DNA of 64,000 nucleotides from Octopus sinensis (taxonomy: Eukaryota): positions 199,888,001 to 199,952,000 of the forward strand of contig NC_042997.1 of NCBI RefSeq assembly GCF_006345805.1, read 5' to 3'. The notes beneath the pieces are model-generated. The model was not told the DNA's origin. It ran no database searches and saw only the letters and a list, made by a program, of their open reading frames with translations. The position numbers were made by a program, and so were the translations under genes. Positions 1 to 10,941 of the stretch are shown piece by piece. Numbering within the stretch: the stretch's first letter is position 1; every line of letters starts with the position of its first letter.

Positions 1-438
1 TGCAGAATATTTTGAGGAGAGACATTGATACTTAAAACTGAAGTGATTACTAACAGGAACAGTCAAAAGTACAATATAGTTTTATGTCATGAGTAGGCAG
101 AAAAGTCTAATGTTTCAGGCAGGACTATCAGAAAAATGAAATGCTTCCTTACATTCCTGAATCTTTCTCATGGTAAAAAGTTTATTCCACTGTTCCAATT
201 TTTTGCTTTACTATTTGCCAACACAGACCATTAGTAGTTTCTTTATATCTCACTGTTTTATTTACAGCCTATAGCTCCAGATGGACAAACCCTTAGCAAT
301 ACCAGATAAATGTGCTAAAAGGTTGTGCATTAAAGGTTAAAGGTTATAGACAATGTAGGATAGCTTGAAAATTACATTTCATGATCTTAGAGGAAAGCTA
401 ATGACAGCATATTAAAACATGAGGAAGACTATGAAAAT

Positions 439-817
439 AGGTATAAGCATGGTTATAGAGTAAAAAGCTTCCTTCCTAACCATATGTTTTTGGTTTAGTC
501 CTACTGTGCAACACTCTGGGGCAAATTTGTATGCTACCTCTAGGCCAATGAAAGCCTTGTGTGTGGATTTGGTATACAGAAAACAAAAGAAGCTCATCAT
601 GCACACGTGTGTTTATGTGTATCCCTGTCTAAACATTATGTGGTGGTTGTTAATGAGCATCATTATCAGAGTTTGTTCACTTCCAGTCTTCTAGAAATAG
701 GTCTAGCTCTGAAAAATAGTACTTTGCTGGGAAAGGTACCTGGCCAGAGGAAATTTGCCTCAACAAATCCTGTTTGACAAATGCAAGCATGAGAAACGTG
801 GACATTAAACAATGAAG
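439..817 (+). mobile_element. tRNA-derived SINE, family 1 (RTE-tail body), degraded
   Basis: Head similar to the other family-1 copies (A/B-box-like, GGATTTGGTA..GAAAC), a GT-rich middle, and a 3' GCAAGCATG..GTGGACATTAAACAATGA tail. Confidence 0.7.
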
Positions 818-3209
818 TTAGAAGAAAATAATGGATTGTCGTTGATACCAGTAACAATGAGTTTTACACCCTAATAGAAATGTTCTTTACCAAAGCATTT
901 CCTTTGCATAGCCTCCTAACGTACTCTTTCAGTTAAGTCTCCCATAAAACACCATTTTCTGAGAGGAAATCTCACTCTTAAACTTTGAAACTGTTTACAT
1001 ACCCTCAACAAAAAAAAAAAATGAGATTATCTTTGCTAGAACAACTAATACCAAACGAAGGGTTTACAATATCAGCATCACCAAAACCAAAACTAAGCAA
1101 AGCTTTGTTGACAATGGACAGCCCATTGAGAAAAATATTCCTGTCTGACAAAATGAAAGAAACTACAGAAGAACTGAACTTCATTTGCAAAGAAATATGG
1201 GAAGATAAAGAAGTTGTTTGCTAATCAAAATTTCAGTTATGTGGATTAGTCGGATCAGCCTGCAACACACTATACCTTCAATCATCCTGATCTTGTGTCA
1301 AATGTTGTATGAGAAATGTTTACACATTTGACCTCTGGTCTTCCTCAGTCTCAATAACCCTCCATCAAATAACGTAACTCATCATGTACATCCATTTGCC
1401 ACATTTCTACTCTTTCTAAACATAAACCAGTATCTTGAATACACAATGCATCCACTGTTTTTTATTCTAAATCAATACTAACGACTAATGTATATTTTTC
1501 TTTTTTTTTTTTTTTTTGCATATGCTTAGTGGATAAGCAAAATGAAATGAAAGAAAAGAGAAAAAGAATAAGCACACTATCATGAAAATATGACAGTGAT
1601 ATCTTTATCATGGCATGACAATTTCAATGGTTACGTCAGAAAAAACAATAGACAGGTATTTTAGTGTGTATAGCATCTATGATTGTGCAAAAAGAAATAA
1701 AGAAAAATCAAACATTTCTGTAGTTCAGTGATGCAAATGTCATTATTTACTATATATATATATATATATATATATATGTTTATATTACAATTTACCACAA
1801 ACTAATTTTGTGGTTAAAAAGAACAAACTAATTACTTAGTGAATCACCTACCATGTATTATGTTGATTTTGCACTTAGGAGAAAATAAGACAGACAGACA
1901 GACAAAGAACACAGTCCTCAGTATGGATTGACTAGCAACTTAAGGTTAATGACATAACAGATTCAGAAGCAAGATGAATTTACAAATATAAAACATCCTT
2001 CTGCCTGAGCACACTTCCAAACACTAGGTGATATATAAGGAAATTAATAGAAAACATGGGTATTTCTAAGAGAACCTGATTGAAAACCTCTGAGCGGTTC
2101 TGTAGAACTTGAGGAACTAAAAGAAATTAAAAAACAATATTCAGAGGCTGGGAGAAAATGTCAAGAGAATTATAAGCAGGAAGTTTGCTATTTTTCTATA
2201 TAGTGATGGTATGAAATGCAAAGTGTTTCAAATTACAAGACATATTTACATGAATCAGGATCAGTTTGTCAAAACTTACATAGGTATGTTTACCCTCCAA
2301 AATAGTTGAAATAAAAAGGGATAGAAATGATACTAAAGCAAATTGCTGAATGAGGATAATGAGGAAATTGATAAAGCAAGAAACCTGTTAAACCATGGAA
2401 ACTTCTGTATACACACTTTTTATTAAAGTTGTAGCAGATAGACTAGGTATCTAGCGGATATATTTCTAATTTTAATTTTTCACAAACTAATGTATTTTTC
2501 CTAACCCAAACAATCATCCAAAAGAAAATTCCAAGCCACACAAAACACATACAAGTATTACTGCATTAATCATTCATGTTATTATTTCAAGAGAAATCTT
2601 CTTAGTAAGAACCATGTTGGAATGAATTATCAGCTAGCTTTTCAAATCTTCATACTAATCTCACTATCATACAGGGAAATGGATCCACTTTAGGCACAAT
2701 GATGAAATGGAAGATTTTACTTAAGTAACAAAGCACTACTGTAATTCTTCTCTGTAAAATCTCTTTCACTTACTTTACAATAATTTCTTTATACAATTTG
2801 TTTAGCATGCCATAAAATGAAACTATACAATAACATTTTCCAGCTCAAAACATTTACCAGCTTTAGACACATAATAACTTTATCGTGATTTACAGGTAAG
2901 TACACAAGAGCAAATACAAATTTACACATGCATAACATACATAAATGCTTACGATGGCTGCCACTCAATTTTAAGTTGTTCTTTTAAACAAGAGTAGAAC
3001 AGATGCAGTTTTTCACTCCTGCTAGGGAGTTACACACCTTTATACAAATGTAACAACTACGAGAAGCTCTTGCAGCAAATGTTACAATTTTGTTTTGGTG
3101 AACCTTCAAATGATGTGTCAGCCTTCAAATGTATTATTATTTCATGCACATAAAGATGCCATATAATGAATATTTAACAACCTCCCTGTGTGTGTGTGTG
3201 TAGCTTCTC

Positions 3210-3640
3210 TAACCTACCTTACTAACAGTCATGCCCAATCTTGTCACATTGGGCCATGCAGCATCATAGCCAAGCAAATTCACATCATGCCCCTTAAGAC
3301 CAGTTCTTAAATTGTTCATACTCAATGTAAATTCATTCATATTCCTTCCTCCTCCTCCTATCAAGCACTCCTTTCCTCCATGATGAGCCACCTAGAGCAA
3401 GGTTTTCCTACTAATTTTCTAAGATTCTGACATTTCAATGTATTCTTGAATCAGACCTTATACCTTAATTTGAGTTTGGGCACAGGTCTTTTACCCTGGG
3501 CCAACTCGCCATCAGATATTGCTATGTCATTTTATATGATGCTGAAGTATAAGGGACTCTATACTGGCAGAATGGCTGTGTTTGAGTACTTCAATATTAC
3601 ATTTATTTACCATCAGAGACACTATTGGTGATATAGCTTT
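3210..3640 (-). mobile_element. RTE-BovB-like LINE ORF2 3' fragment, decayed
   Basis: Minus-strand translation across frameshifts gives NIEVLKHSHSASIESLILQHH and GELAQGKRPVPKLKLRYK, typical of the RTE C-terminus. Confidence 0.65.
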
Positions 3641-4410
3641 AGCCTTTTTGTATGTCTTTAAGTAACCCAGGTCTCATAAAACACAAGTATTGCAGAATTT
3701 TGTCTCAATTGAAATTCTATGCCGAGACAATAAATAAACCAATTTTCTGATTTGAGGGAAATCTCACCATCAAAAGTATTTGTCATGTTTACAATACTGT
3801 CTAAACAAATAAAATACACACACACACATAAACATACACTGTTGTAGAGTTCAGCTGCCCAGCAGATATGTTTTGTCTAAAGTTGGGGAAAAGAAAAACT
3901 GCTAAGGTGAACTAATGACAAATTTACAGCTTTTGTATTCAGGATATAGATTTTTAGTTGTATTGTCATAGGGATACAGAGCTACGTAATGAAAGATCTG
4001 TATACAAGCATAGAAATGTTGGGGTTATGAATGATAATGCAAAGAAAACAGATTAGCTTCCTCCAAATACAATCAATTAATGATACAGCAAAAATTTATA
4101 AAGGATTCTCCATTTGATTTTCTGAAATGAAGATATGCACAGAATTGTATGGGCATGTAGCATATTCATGCACATGGATACATAAACAGCAATGAAATGC
4201 ACACACACTGTATTAAGGTGACATGCACACTCATTGCATGAGTGCAAGCTTAGCCAAAGATGCACTAATGTGCACACTAAGCCATAAGTCTCAGGAACAG
4301 TTTTCACACAATTAAAATAATATACACACTTTTGTTAGTCACTGAATTAAATTTGCAAAGGAAAATCTTTAATAAATCTTAAAGTAATACATTGACATAA
4401 CAAGCATTAA

Positions 4411-5666
4411 CCCTTTCGTTACCAAACCGCCCAAAGCCGCCAGAAAAAAATTTTGGTTAATGTGACTAAGCCGCCCAAAGCCGCCTGTAATTACCTATTC
4501 ATATTTAAATGAGAATATCAGAGTAAATCTCTTTAGTACATTTGTGAAAACACGTGATTATACTTCGTAAACAGTTCATCTACAGTTTTGTACAATAATC
4601 GAAGTGTAATTTTAATTCCGTGAATTTTGGGAGATTTTTTTCCGAAATTTGTTCCTATTGTGTTTTCAAAATTTGTAATTCTGACAAAAAATGGATACGA
4701 ATTTCATTATATCAAGCAGCGAGTCAAATTCGAAGGCTTTTCTACTGAAGACCTTCATAAATCTAACTCTATGACTGAAAAAAAAAAGCACGTGGTATTT
4801 GATAATGAATCCGATGTTTCATTTTCCGAAAATGAAAGCACTGAATCCGAGAGCTTCGACAGCGATAAAGAAAATGAATTGGCACCTGAATGGAGTGAAA
4901 ATTTAAAAACTGTTTCTTTCAGTGATTTTTCTGAAAAAACTGGACCAAGCCACAGTCTTTCCCAGGAGAGTAAAGCCTTAGACTATTTCTTTTTACTTTT
5001 TCGAATGAGCCTATTTGAAATCATTACGGCGGAAACAAACCGTTACGCTAAATGTAAACAAAGCGAAAGAAAGGATAGTTTGTTATTTCCCACAACCTTA
5101 AATGAAATTAAGGCCTATTTTGCCATAAATATTATTATGGGTATCAGAAAGTTACCTATAAATATTATGATGGGTATCAGAAAATTACGGCGGAAACGAA
5201 CCGTTACGCTAAATGTAAACAAAGCAAAAGAAAGGATAGTTTGTGGTTTCCCACAACCTTAAATGACATTAAGGCCTATTTTGCCATAAATATTATTATG
5301 GGTATCAGAAAGTTACCCAGAATAACAAATTCTATAGTAAAATTTTGTTGTATACCCAATTGAATATTAGCTAATAACCCATTTTCTATAGCGATGTTTG
5401 AACAAAAATTTTAATTTTATATTTTGTTGAATTTACCTGTATTTACCTGTATCTACCTGCAATTAGAGTCACTTTGTGACAAAAATTATAGCATAGAATT
5501 GGTTGAGAACATTTCATTAAAATATCTTCCAAAAATCACATTAATATATTGATAAATAAAAAAGTTGTAGTTGTTTAATGAAATCAGACTAAATTTATGA
5601 TTACGTTAGAAATTAATTGAAACACATAAGGGGTGTATTTTGGTCAGAAATATCGTAACGAAAGGG
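4411..5666 (+). mobile_element. Internally deleted piggyBac element with intact ends
   Basis: TTAA at 4407-4410 and 5667-5670; terminal inverted repeats CCCTTTCGTTAC / GTAACGAAAGGG; contains the transposase N-terminus. Confidence 0.92.
4627..5262 (+). pseudogene. Truncated piggyBac (PGBD4-like) transposase N-terminal ORF
   Basis: Acidic Ser-rich N-terminus, then TGP..ALDYFFLLF..IITAETNRYA..TTLNEIKAYFAINIIMGIRKLP; catalytic DDD core absent. Confidence 0.85.
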
Positions 5667-5691
5667 TTAAACATGAATATATATATAGAGG

Positions 5692-5858
5692 TGTAGGAGT
5701 GGCTGTGTGGTAAGTAGTTTGCTTACAAACTACATGGCTCCAGGTTCAGTCCCACTGCATGGCACCTTGAGCAAGTGTCTTCTACTATAGCCTCAGGCTG
5801 ACCAAAGCCTTGTGAGTGGATTTGGTAGACGGAAACTGAAAGAAGCCCATCATATGTA

Positions 5859-5905
<47 letters not shown>

Positions 5906-6130
5906 TGTGTGTGTGTGTGTGTTTGTGTGTCTGTGTTTGTCTCCCCAACATCGTTTGACAACCAATGCTGGTGTGTTTACATCCCTGTAACTTAGCAGTT
6001 CAGCAAAAGATACCAATAGAATAAGTACTAGGCTTACAAAGAATAAGTCCTGGGGTCGATTTGCTCAACTAAAGGCGGTGCTCCAGCATGGCCACAGTCA
6101 CATGACTGAAACAAGTAAAAGAGTTAAGAG
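5692..6130 (+). mobile_element. tRNA-derived SINE, family 1, full length
   Basis: A box TGGCTGTGTGG, B box GGTTCAGTCCC, internal (GT)n, 3' GACTGAAACAAGTAAAAGA; many similar copies in the window. Confidence 0.9.
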
Positions 6131-6138
6131 TATATATG

Positions 6139-6181
<43 letters not shown>

Positions 6182-6256
6182 TTCAAATAAAGGTTAAAAA
6201 CCTCATTAAGGGATAATAAAATCCTATCAATATACTGGGTTATTACCTATTATTAC

Positions 6257-6350
6257 CGCACGAGGCGGAGCGATAACAGGTCTGTGATGCCCTTAGATGT
6301 CCAGGGCCGCACGCGCGCTACACTGGGGGTATCAGCGGGCGCGTCTCCCC
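6257..6350 (+). pseudogene. 18S rRNA gene fragment (94 bp), non-functional
   Basis: Contains the conserved 18S stretch ATAACAGGTCTGTGATGCCCTTAGATGT..GGGCCGCACGCGCGCTACACTG; GC-rich island flanked by TATTAC direct repeats. Confidence 0.93.
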
Positions 6351-6538
6351 TATTACAAGAAGTATTGAATATTACAATTAAGATTGAACTGTGAGGTAAC
6401 TGAATAAACCAGGGTTTATATATACTTTTAAGAAAATAAGAAAACAGAGATAATTAAATTAATAATTATAATCAGTTAACAGTTTGGAGCTGTACACTCA
6501 ACATAATGCAAAATGAAAATCCAATGGTATATCTTTAG

Positions 6539-6626
6539 CCACCTCCGATGAGATTCAGTTTTAAAATGTTTTTAATTATACTAGTTAATTTCTAAAAGTT
6601 TTCAATCGAAATAGCTGTCAGAGATG
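6539..6626 (+). ncRNA. Degenerate type I hammerhead-ribozyme-like motif
   Basis: CCGATGAG core, stem II GATT/AATC, GAAA, minimal stem III with AGCT palindromic loop, GTC site; stem I pairs poorly. Confidence 0.45.
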
Positions 6627-6742
6627 ATGTCCTATTTTATAATTAATAAATAATTATTAATTTAATTATCTATTTTCTTACATATATATATATACATATA
6701 TATATAGAGAGTATTGTTGGTGAGCATTGGCTAGTCTTGTAC

Positions 6743-6828
6743 TCATCATCTTCATCATCGTTTAACGTCCGTTTTCCACGCTAGCATGGGTTGGACGGTT
6801 CAACTGGGGTCTGGGAAGCCAGAAGGCT
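6743..6828 (-). mobile_element. RTE LINE 3' tail fragment
   Basis: (CAT)n CGTTTAACGTCCGTTTTCCACGCTAGCATGGGTTGGACGG, matching other copies. Confidence 0.8.
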
Positions 6829-7129
6829 TAACAAAATAAGTCATGAACAGTTGAGTGGCAAATTAGCAATAGCTTAGTGAAAATATAATTTTGCAGAAGC
6901 CAAACTAGGCAACCAAAACAACTCAGTGACACAACACAAACGAGCAATATTATTAATGTGCTGAGAAAGAGTGCACTCATCTGGTTAACCGTGAGACTTG
7001 CTTTCCAAAGCTATCTTACCTGAACTCCCTCTCTCTTGGGTACCCAAGTATCCCCTCTATAGTAAGACAGCTATCTCTGTCCCTTTGTTATGCTCTAACC
7101 CCTCACCTGGCTCACAGCCACTTTCCTCA

Positions 7130-7397
7130 GTTCCACTCCCTCTCTCAGCTGAGAGGTCTTTGTCTTGCAAGCAACTTCGCAACCCTGCTTGTACCACAGA
7201 AAAAGCACCCATGCTGGTGCCATGTAAAAAACATCCAGTACACACTGTAAAATGGTTTGCATTAGAAAGGGCATCCAGCTGTAGAAACCAAGCCAAAACA
7301 AGAGGAGCCTGGTATAGCTCTCCAGTATGCCAGTTCTTGTCAAACCATCTAACCCATTCTAGCATGGAAAACAGACATTAAGTGATGATGATGATGA
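7130..7397 (+). mobile_element. RTE LINE 3' UTR/tail
   Basis: GAAAGGGCATCCAGCTGTAGAAACC..CCCATTCTAGCATGGAAAACAGACATTAA(GAT)n. Confidence 0.75.
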
Positions 7398-8327
7398 GGA
7401 GAGAAGCAGAAACTAGGTAAATAAATAAGTTTCTGCATGGGTAGAGGTTGTGTGAGGAAAACAAAAAATAAAATAAGAAAGTACTAAAAACCACACTGCC
7501 TTCTTTAATTTTGAGAGGACCTTCAACTCTCAGGCTTTGAAACCAGATTTGTTTTACCATTTTACAAAGTGTTAATAAGGTGTAATCTCATAATCAGTGA
7601 AACTGTATAGCATCCATGAGAATTCTTGCAAATCTTGCAAGTATAAGCCATGTATAAATTCACAGCATGGTAGATATGGCTTACAGCTGTCAGCAGCTGT
7701 TGACAATTTGACAAATGTTTTGCTTGTTTTCAATAATAATCAACTCAAATACTGGCTGGATTATTGTGGAAAGAAATGAGCTTAACTATGTTGATTTAAC
7801 ACTGATAAACTACTCCAAGATGAAAATTTTCTATAATGATTTAATGATCTAATTCAGTATAGGACCTGAGCTATCTTCAGGATTTGTATTAAAGTTATAT
7901 ATATCTGTGAGCTGCTTGTAATAAAATGCATAAGAGTGAGATTATAAGAAAAGAGATACTTCATTCATGATAGTTGTGTAGATTCAAACTGACAGTGAGT
8001 CAGTAAGAGTAATAATGTTGGTGAGTAAAGTTTGTAAAGTTCTGGTGGTTGAAGATATTCAATGGTTAATTTAACTCTTGGTAAGAAGCTGTTATTTTCA
8101 TAGCCTATCAAAGTGAGATTTGGTAATAAAGTCATGGGACCTAGAGAATCAAGTAGAAGCCAGTAGCTATAAATATACAGAACCTCACCTTTAAAAAAAA
8201 ATGATAATAACCCAAACCCTCACTGCTTTCCAGAGTTATGAAAATATTTCATGTTCCCAGGTTTCGAAACTAGTCTTGTTCCGCCTCATCGAATTTTCCT
8301 CAAAGGCTTTGCTTATTTGATGACTAA

Positions 8328-8685
8328 AGCAAGAATAGTTGAGTGGCTAAAAAGTTTTCTTCTCAACCATGTGGTTCGTAGTTTAGTCCCACTGGGTGGC
8401 ATTTTGGGCAAACGTCTTCTATTATATACCTGAGACAACCAAAATTTTGAGAGTGGATTTGATGTACAAAAACTGAAAGAGCCCTATCACGTGTGTGTGT
8501 GTGTGTGTGTGTGCATGCATATGGGGGTGGGTCTCCTTATCTGGATTCATGTGATGGTTGTAAACAAGCAGTGCTGTTCATTTCCAGTCGTGGGGAAAAT
8601 ATTACCTTGGTTGGAATGAGATGCGGGCTGGTGACAGGAAGGCCATCTGATGCATGGAAGCATGGGCATTAAAATGATGATGATT
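8328..8685 (+). mobile_element. SINE family 1 (RTE-tail body)
   Basis: Family-1 head, (GT)n, tail GCATGG..CATTAAAATGATGATGAT. Confidence 0.75.
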
Positions 8686-9061
8686 CACCAATTAGACTAA
8701 TAACCTAAATGACAAACTAGTGAACAGGAACTTGTCTGCTGGCTATCCATCAACAGGAACTATAATTCTTAGAATGGTTGAGAAGCCATGTACGTAAACA
8801 CGTGTGTCTGTAATGGCATTTACATTAATCAGAGGCATTTGGAACTTTTACAGTTATTATAATTGAAGAAAGATTCTATTCACTTTAATCAAAAAACAGA
8901 ATGGGTTTTCTTGAATGCTTGAGTGATTCATAGGCAAGGTTGGACAATAATAGATGTTACTGAGATTAAGAGACCTAAGATTAATGGGTTTGCTAAATTT
9001 ATTCATTAATTGTTAAGAACTCGATGCTCATAGACATAAAGTTACTAGATTTTGATTTAAT

Positions 9062-9470
9062 AGGTACAGGTGCAGTTGTGGTGTTAAGAAGTTTGCTTTC
9101 AAACCATATCGTTTTGGGTTCAATTCTACTATATGGTACCCTGGACAAGTGACTTTTAGTATGACCCTGAGTCAACCAAAACCATGTGAGTAGAAATTGT
9201 TGGAAGCCTGTCATGCACACAATTGCATGCGTGTGTGTGAGTGTTTATATGTTTCTGTCTTATCTTGACATTGCTTGATTGTTGCAAATGTCAGTCATTT
9301 CCAATATGCTGCATAAACCTGTCTGACCAGGAGGAAATATTATTTTATGTGGAAGCAGAAGTGGGGCTGGCAACAGGAAGGGAATGCAGTCACAGAGAAT
9401 CTGCCTCAATAAATATCATCCGATCCATGCAAGCACGGAAAAGTGGATGCTGAAAGGATCATGATGAGAT
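9062..9470 (+). mobile_element. SINE family 1 (RTE-tail body)
   Basis: Family-1 head; GGCAACAGGAAGGG..AATCTGCCTCAA..GCAAGCACGGAAAAGTGGA tail. Confidence 0.75.
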
Positions 9471-9599
9471 TATTCTTAAAAGCTTTTCACTAAAGAAATG
9501 GTTTCCAGCTGAGAAACAGGTTTCTGTATGCAAAATTAAACAACTAGGTACAGTCAAATTCTGGGATGAGAGCAACAACAAATCTACAAAGGTGCGTGA

Positions 9600-10170
9600 G
9601 AGAGAGAGATTCCATGTTTTGTTGATTTAAAGGTTATGTCTAGCAGGTTTTAGTAGTTTCATTCTCAAGCTGAAATCAAAGCCTACGCATTAACTGCATC
9701 TTTACTAATTTTATAAAATGAAACTTTTCAAGAAATGGTGTTCAGTCACTTGGTTAGAGAAATGCCGAAGCTATATTATGCATCATAAGGTGAAGCTACG
9801 ATACTTTCAAACTGCTACTAATAATGTTAGAAACGTCATTAACATTAATTCCTCAGAGCTGACAAGTGTCAAATCTGCATTGCCTGATTCTCTATCACTT
9901 TTGTGCTTGAAGAACACCATCAATATTTTGTTCCTGGATTTCACAATGTATTCTGTAAGTTGTGAAGTAGTGTAGTTGTTGCCTATCCAAATGAGTGTGC
10001 TACCTTTGTCATCTATTTTAGTGATCTGAAATCTTTCAGCAACTTATTCATGCATTAGCTGACATACGGGAAGACTTCCTTCGCAAAATTCAATAATCTA
10101 ACACTTTCTAACTGACCTGTATAATGATGTATGGTTATTCATTGAAAACTTTACATGAAAGTTGTTTGAA
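9600..10170 (-). mobile_element. Decayed mariner transposase fragment
   Basis: Minus-strand KSRNKILMVFFKHK resembles mariner KS.IKTMLIVFF; many stops and frameshifts. Confidence 0.45.
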
Positions 10171-10185
10171 TATCTTACTATGATA

Positions 10186-10625
10186 GGCATGGCAGAGTAG
10201 TTAAGAAACATGCTTTCCAAGAATGTGGTCTTAAGTTCAGTTCCAGTGAGCAGTACCTTAAGCAAGAGTCTTCTACTATAGCCCTGGGTCAACTAAAAAT
10301 TTTTAGGTGGATTTGTAGATGTAAAGAAAAGAAGCCTTGTGTGTGTGTGTGTGTGTGTGTGTGCACGCGCATATATTTGCGTATGCTCCTATAATCTTAA
10401 CATTATGGTATGGCTGTAAACAAGCATCACCTTCATACAAGTGATAATCATTTACAGTCTCTCAAGAAAATCATGTCTGACCATAGGAAATATTACCTTG
10501 CTTGGAGAAAAGTAAGGTTTGGTGATAGGAAAGGCATCCAGCCATGGAAAAGTTGTCTCAACAAATTTCATCTGACTTATGCAAGCATTCAGAAGTGAAA
10601 ACTTAACTATGATGGTAATAGTGAC
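10186..10625 (+). mobile_element. SINE family 1 (RTE-tail body)
   Basis: Family-1 head, (GT)n, AGGAAAGGCATCCAGCCATGGAAAA tail. Confidence 0.8.
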
Positions 10626-10778
10626 ACTAAGCATTAATTAATAAATTCTGTTGAAGTGACACCATGCAACACTTCAAATACTATGCCTTGTCTTCTTGGT
10701 TTCCAACTGTATTTTAAGATTATGAATAATGGATGTAAGAAAGTTTAAGTGAGAAAATGCTCACATCTTTTGAAATTA

Positions 10779-10941
10779 CCGTATTTTAATGTGTATAAGG
10801 AACTCCCAAGTTTTTGGAGCTTAAAATTTGGAAAAAAAGGTTTTGTAAGGGATTATAGTACTGTCCATGTATAAGAAGCTCCCATATCTTTTAAAACTAA
10901 TTTTTGACAAAAAAGGGCTCCTTATACATGTTAAAATATGG
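10779..10941. mobile_element. Tc1/mariner-pogo type MITE
   Basis: TA flanks; inverted ends CCGTATTTTAATGTGTATAAGG / CCTTATACATGTTAAAATATGG. Confidence 0.75.

Larger units (their letters stand above)
6170..6700. mobile_element. Penelope-like terminal-repeat-type cassette flanked by (TA)n
   Basis: AT-rich block between two (TA)n tracts that carries a hammerhead-like motif; same architecture as 43208-43405. Confidence 0.45.

Noticed and set aside
985-1224. 79-aa ORF
   Set aside because: Contains an A-run and no recognisable motif; probably a decayed TE piece I cannot classify.
3218-3391. 174-bp phase-0 exon-like segment on the minus strand with good AG and GTAGGT sites
   Set aside because: It lies within the decayed RTE ORF2 3' fragment, so it is most likely coincidental. 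Only RNA-seq could show exonization.
6257-6350. Functional rRNA gene
   Set aside because: Only 94 bp, with no flanking rDNA.
6998-7381. Overlapping ORFs of 80-127 aa (similar cases at 13333-13916 and 48444-48978)
   Set aside because: They overlap RTE 3' UTR/tail repeats and are non-coding.
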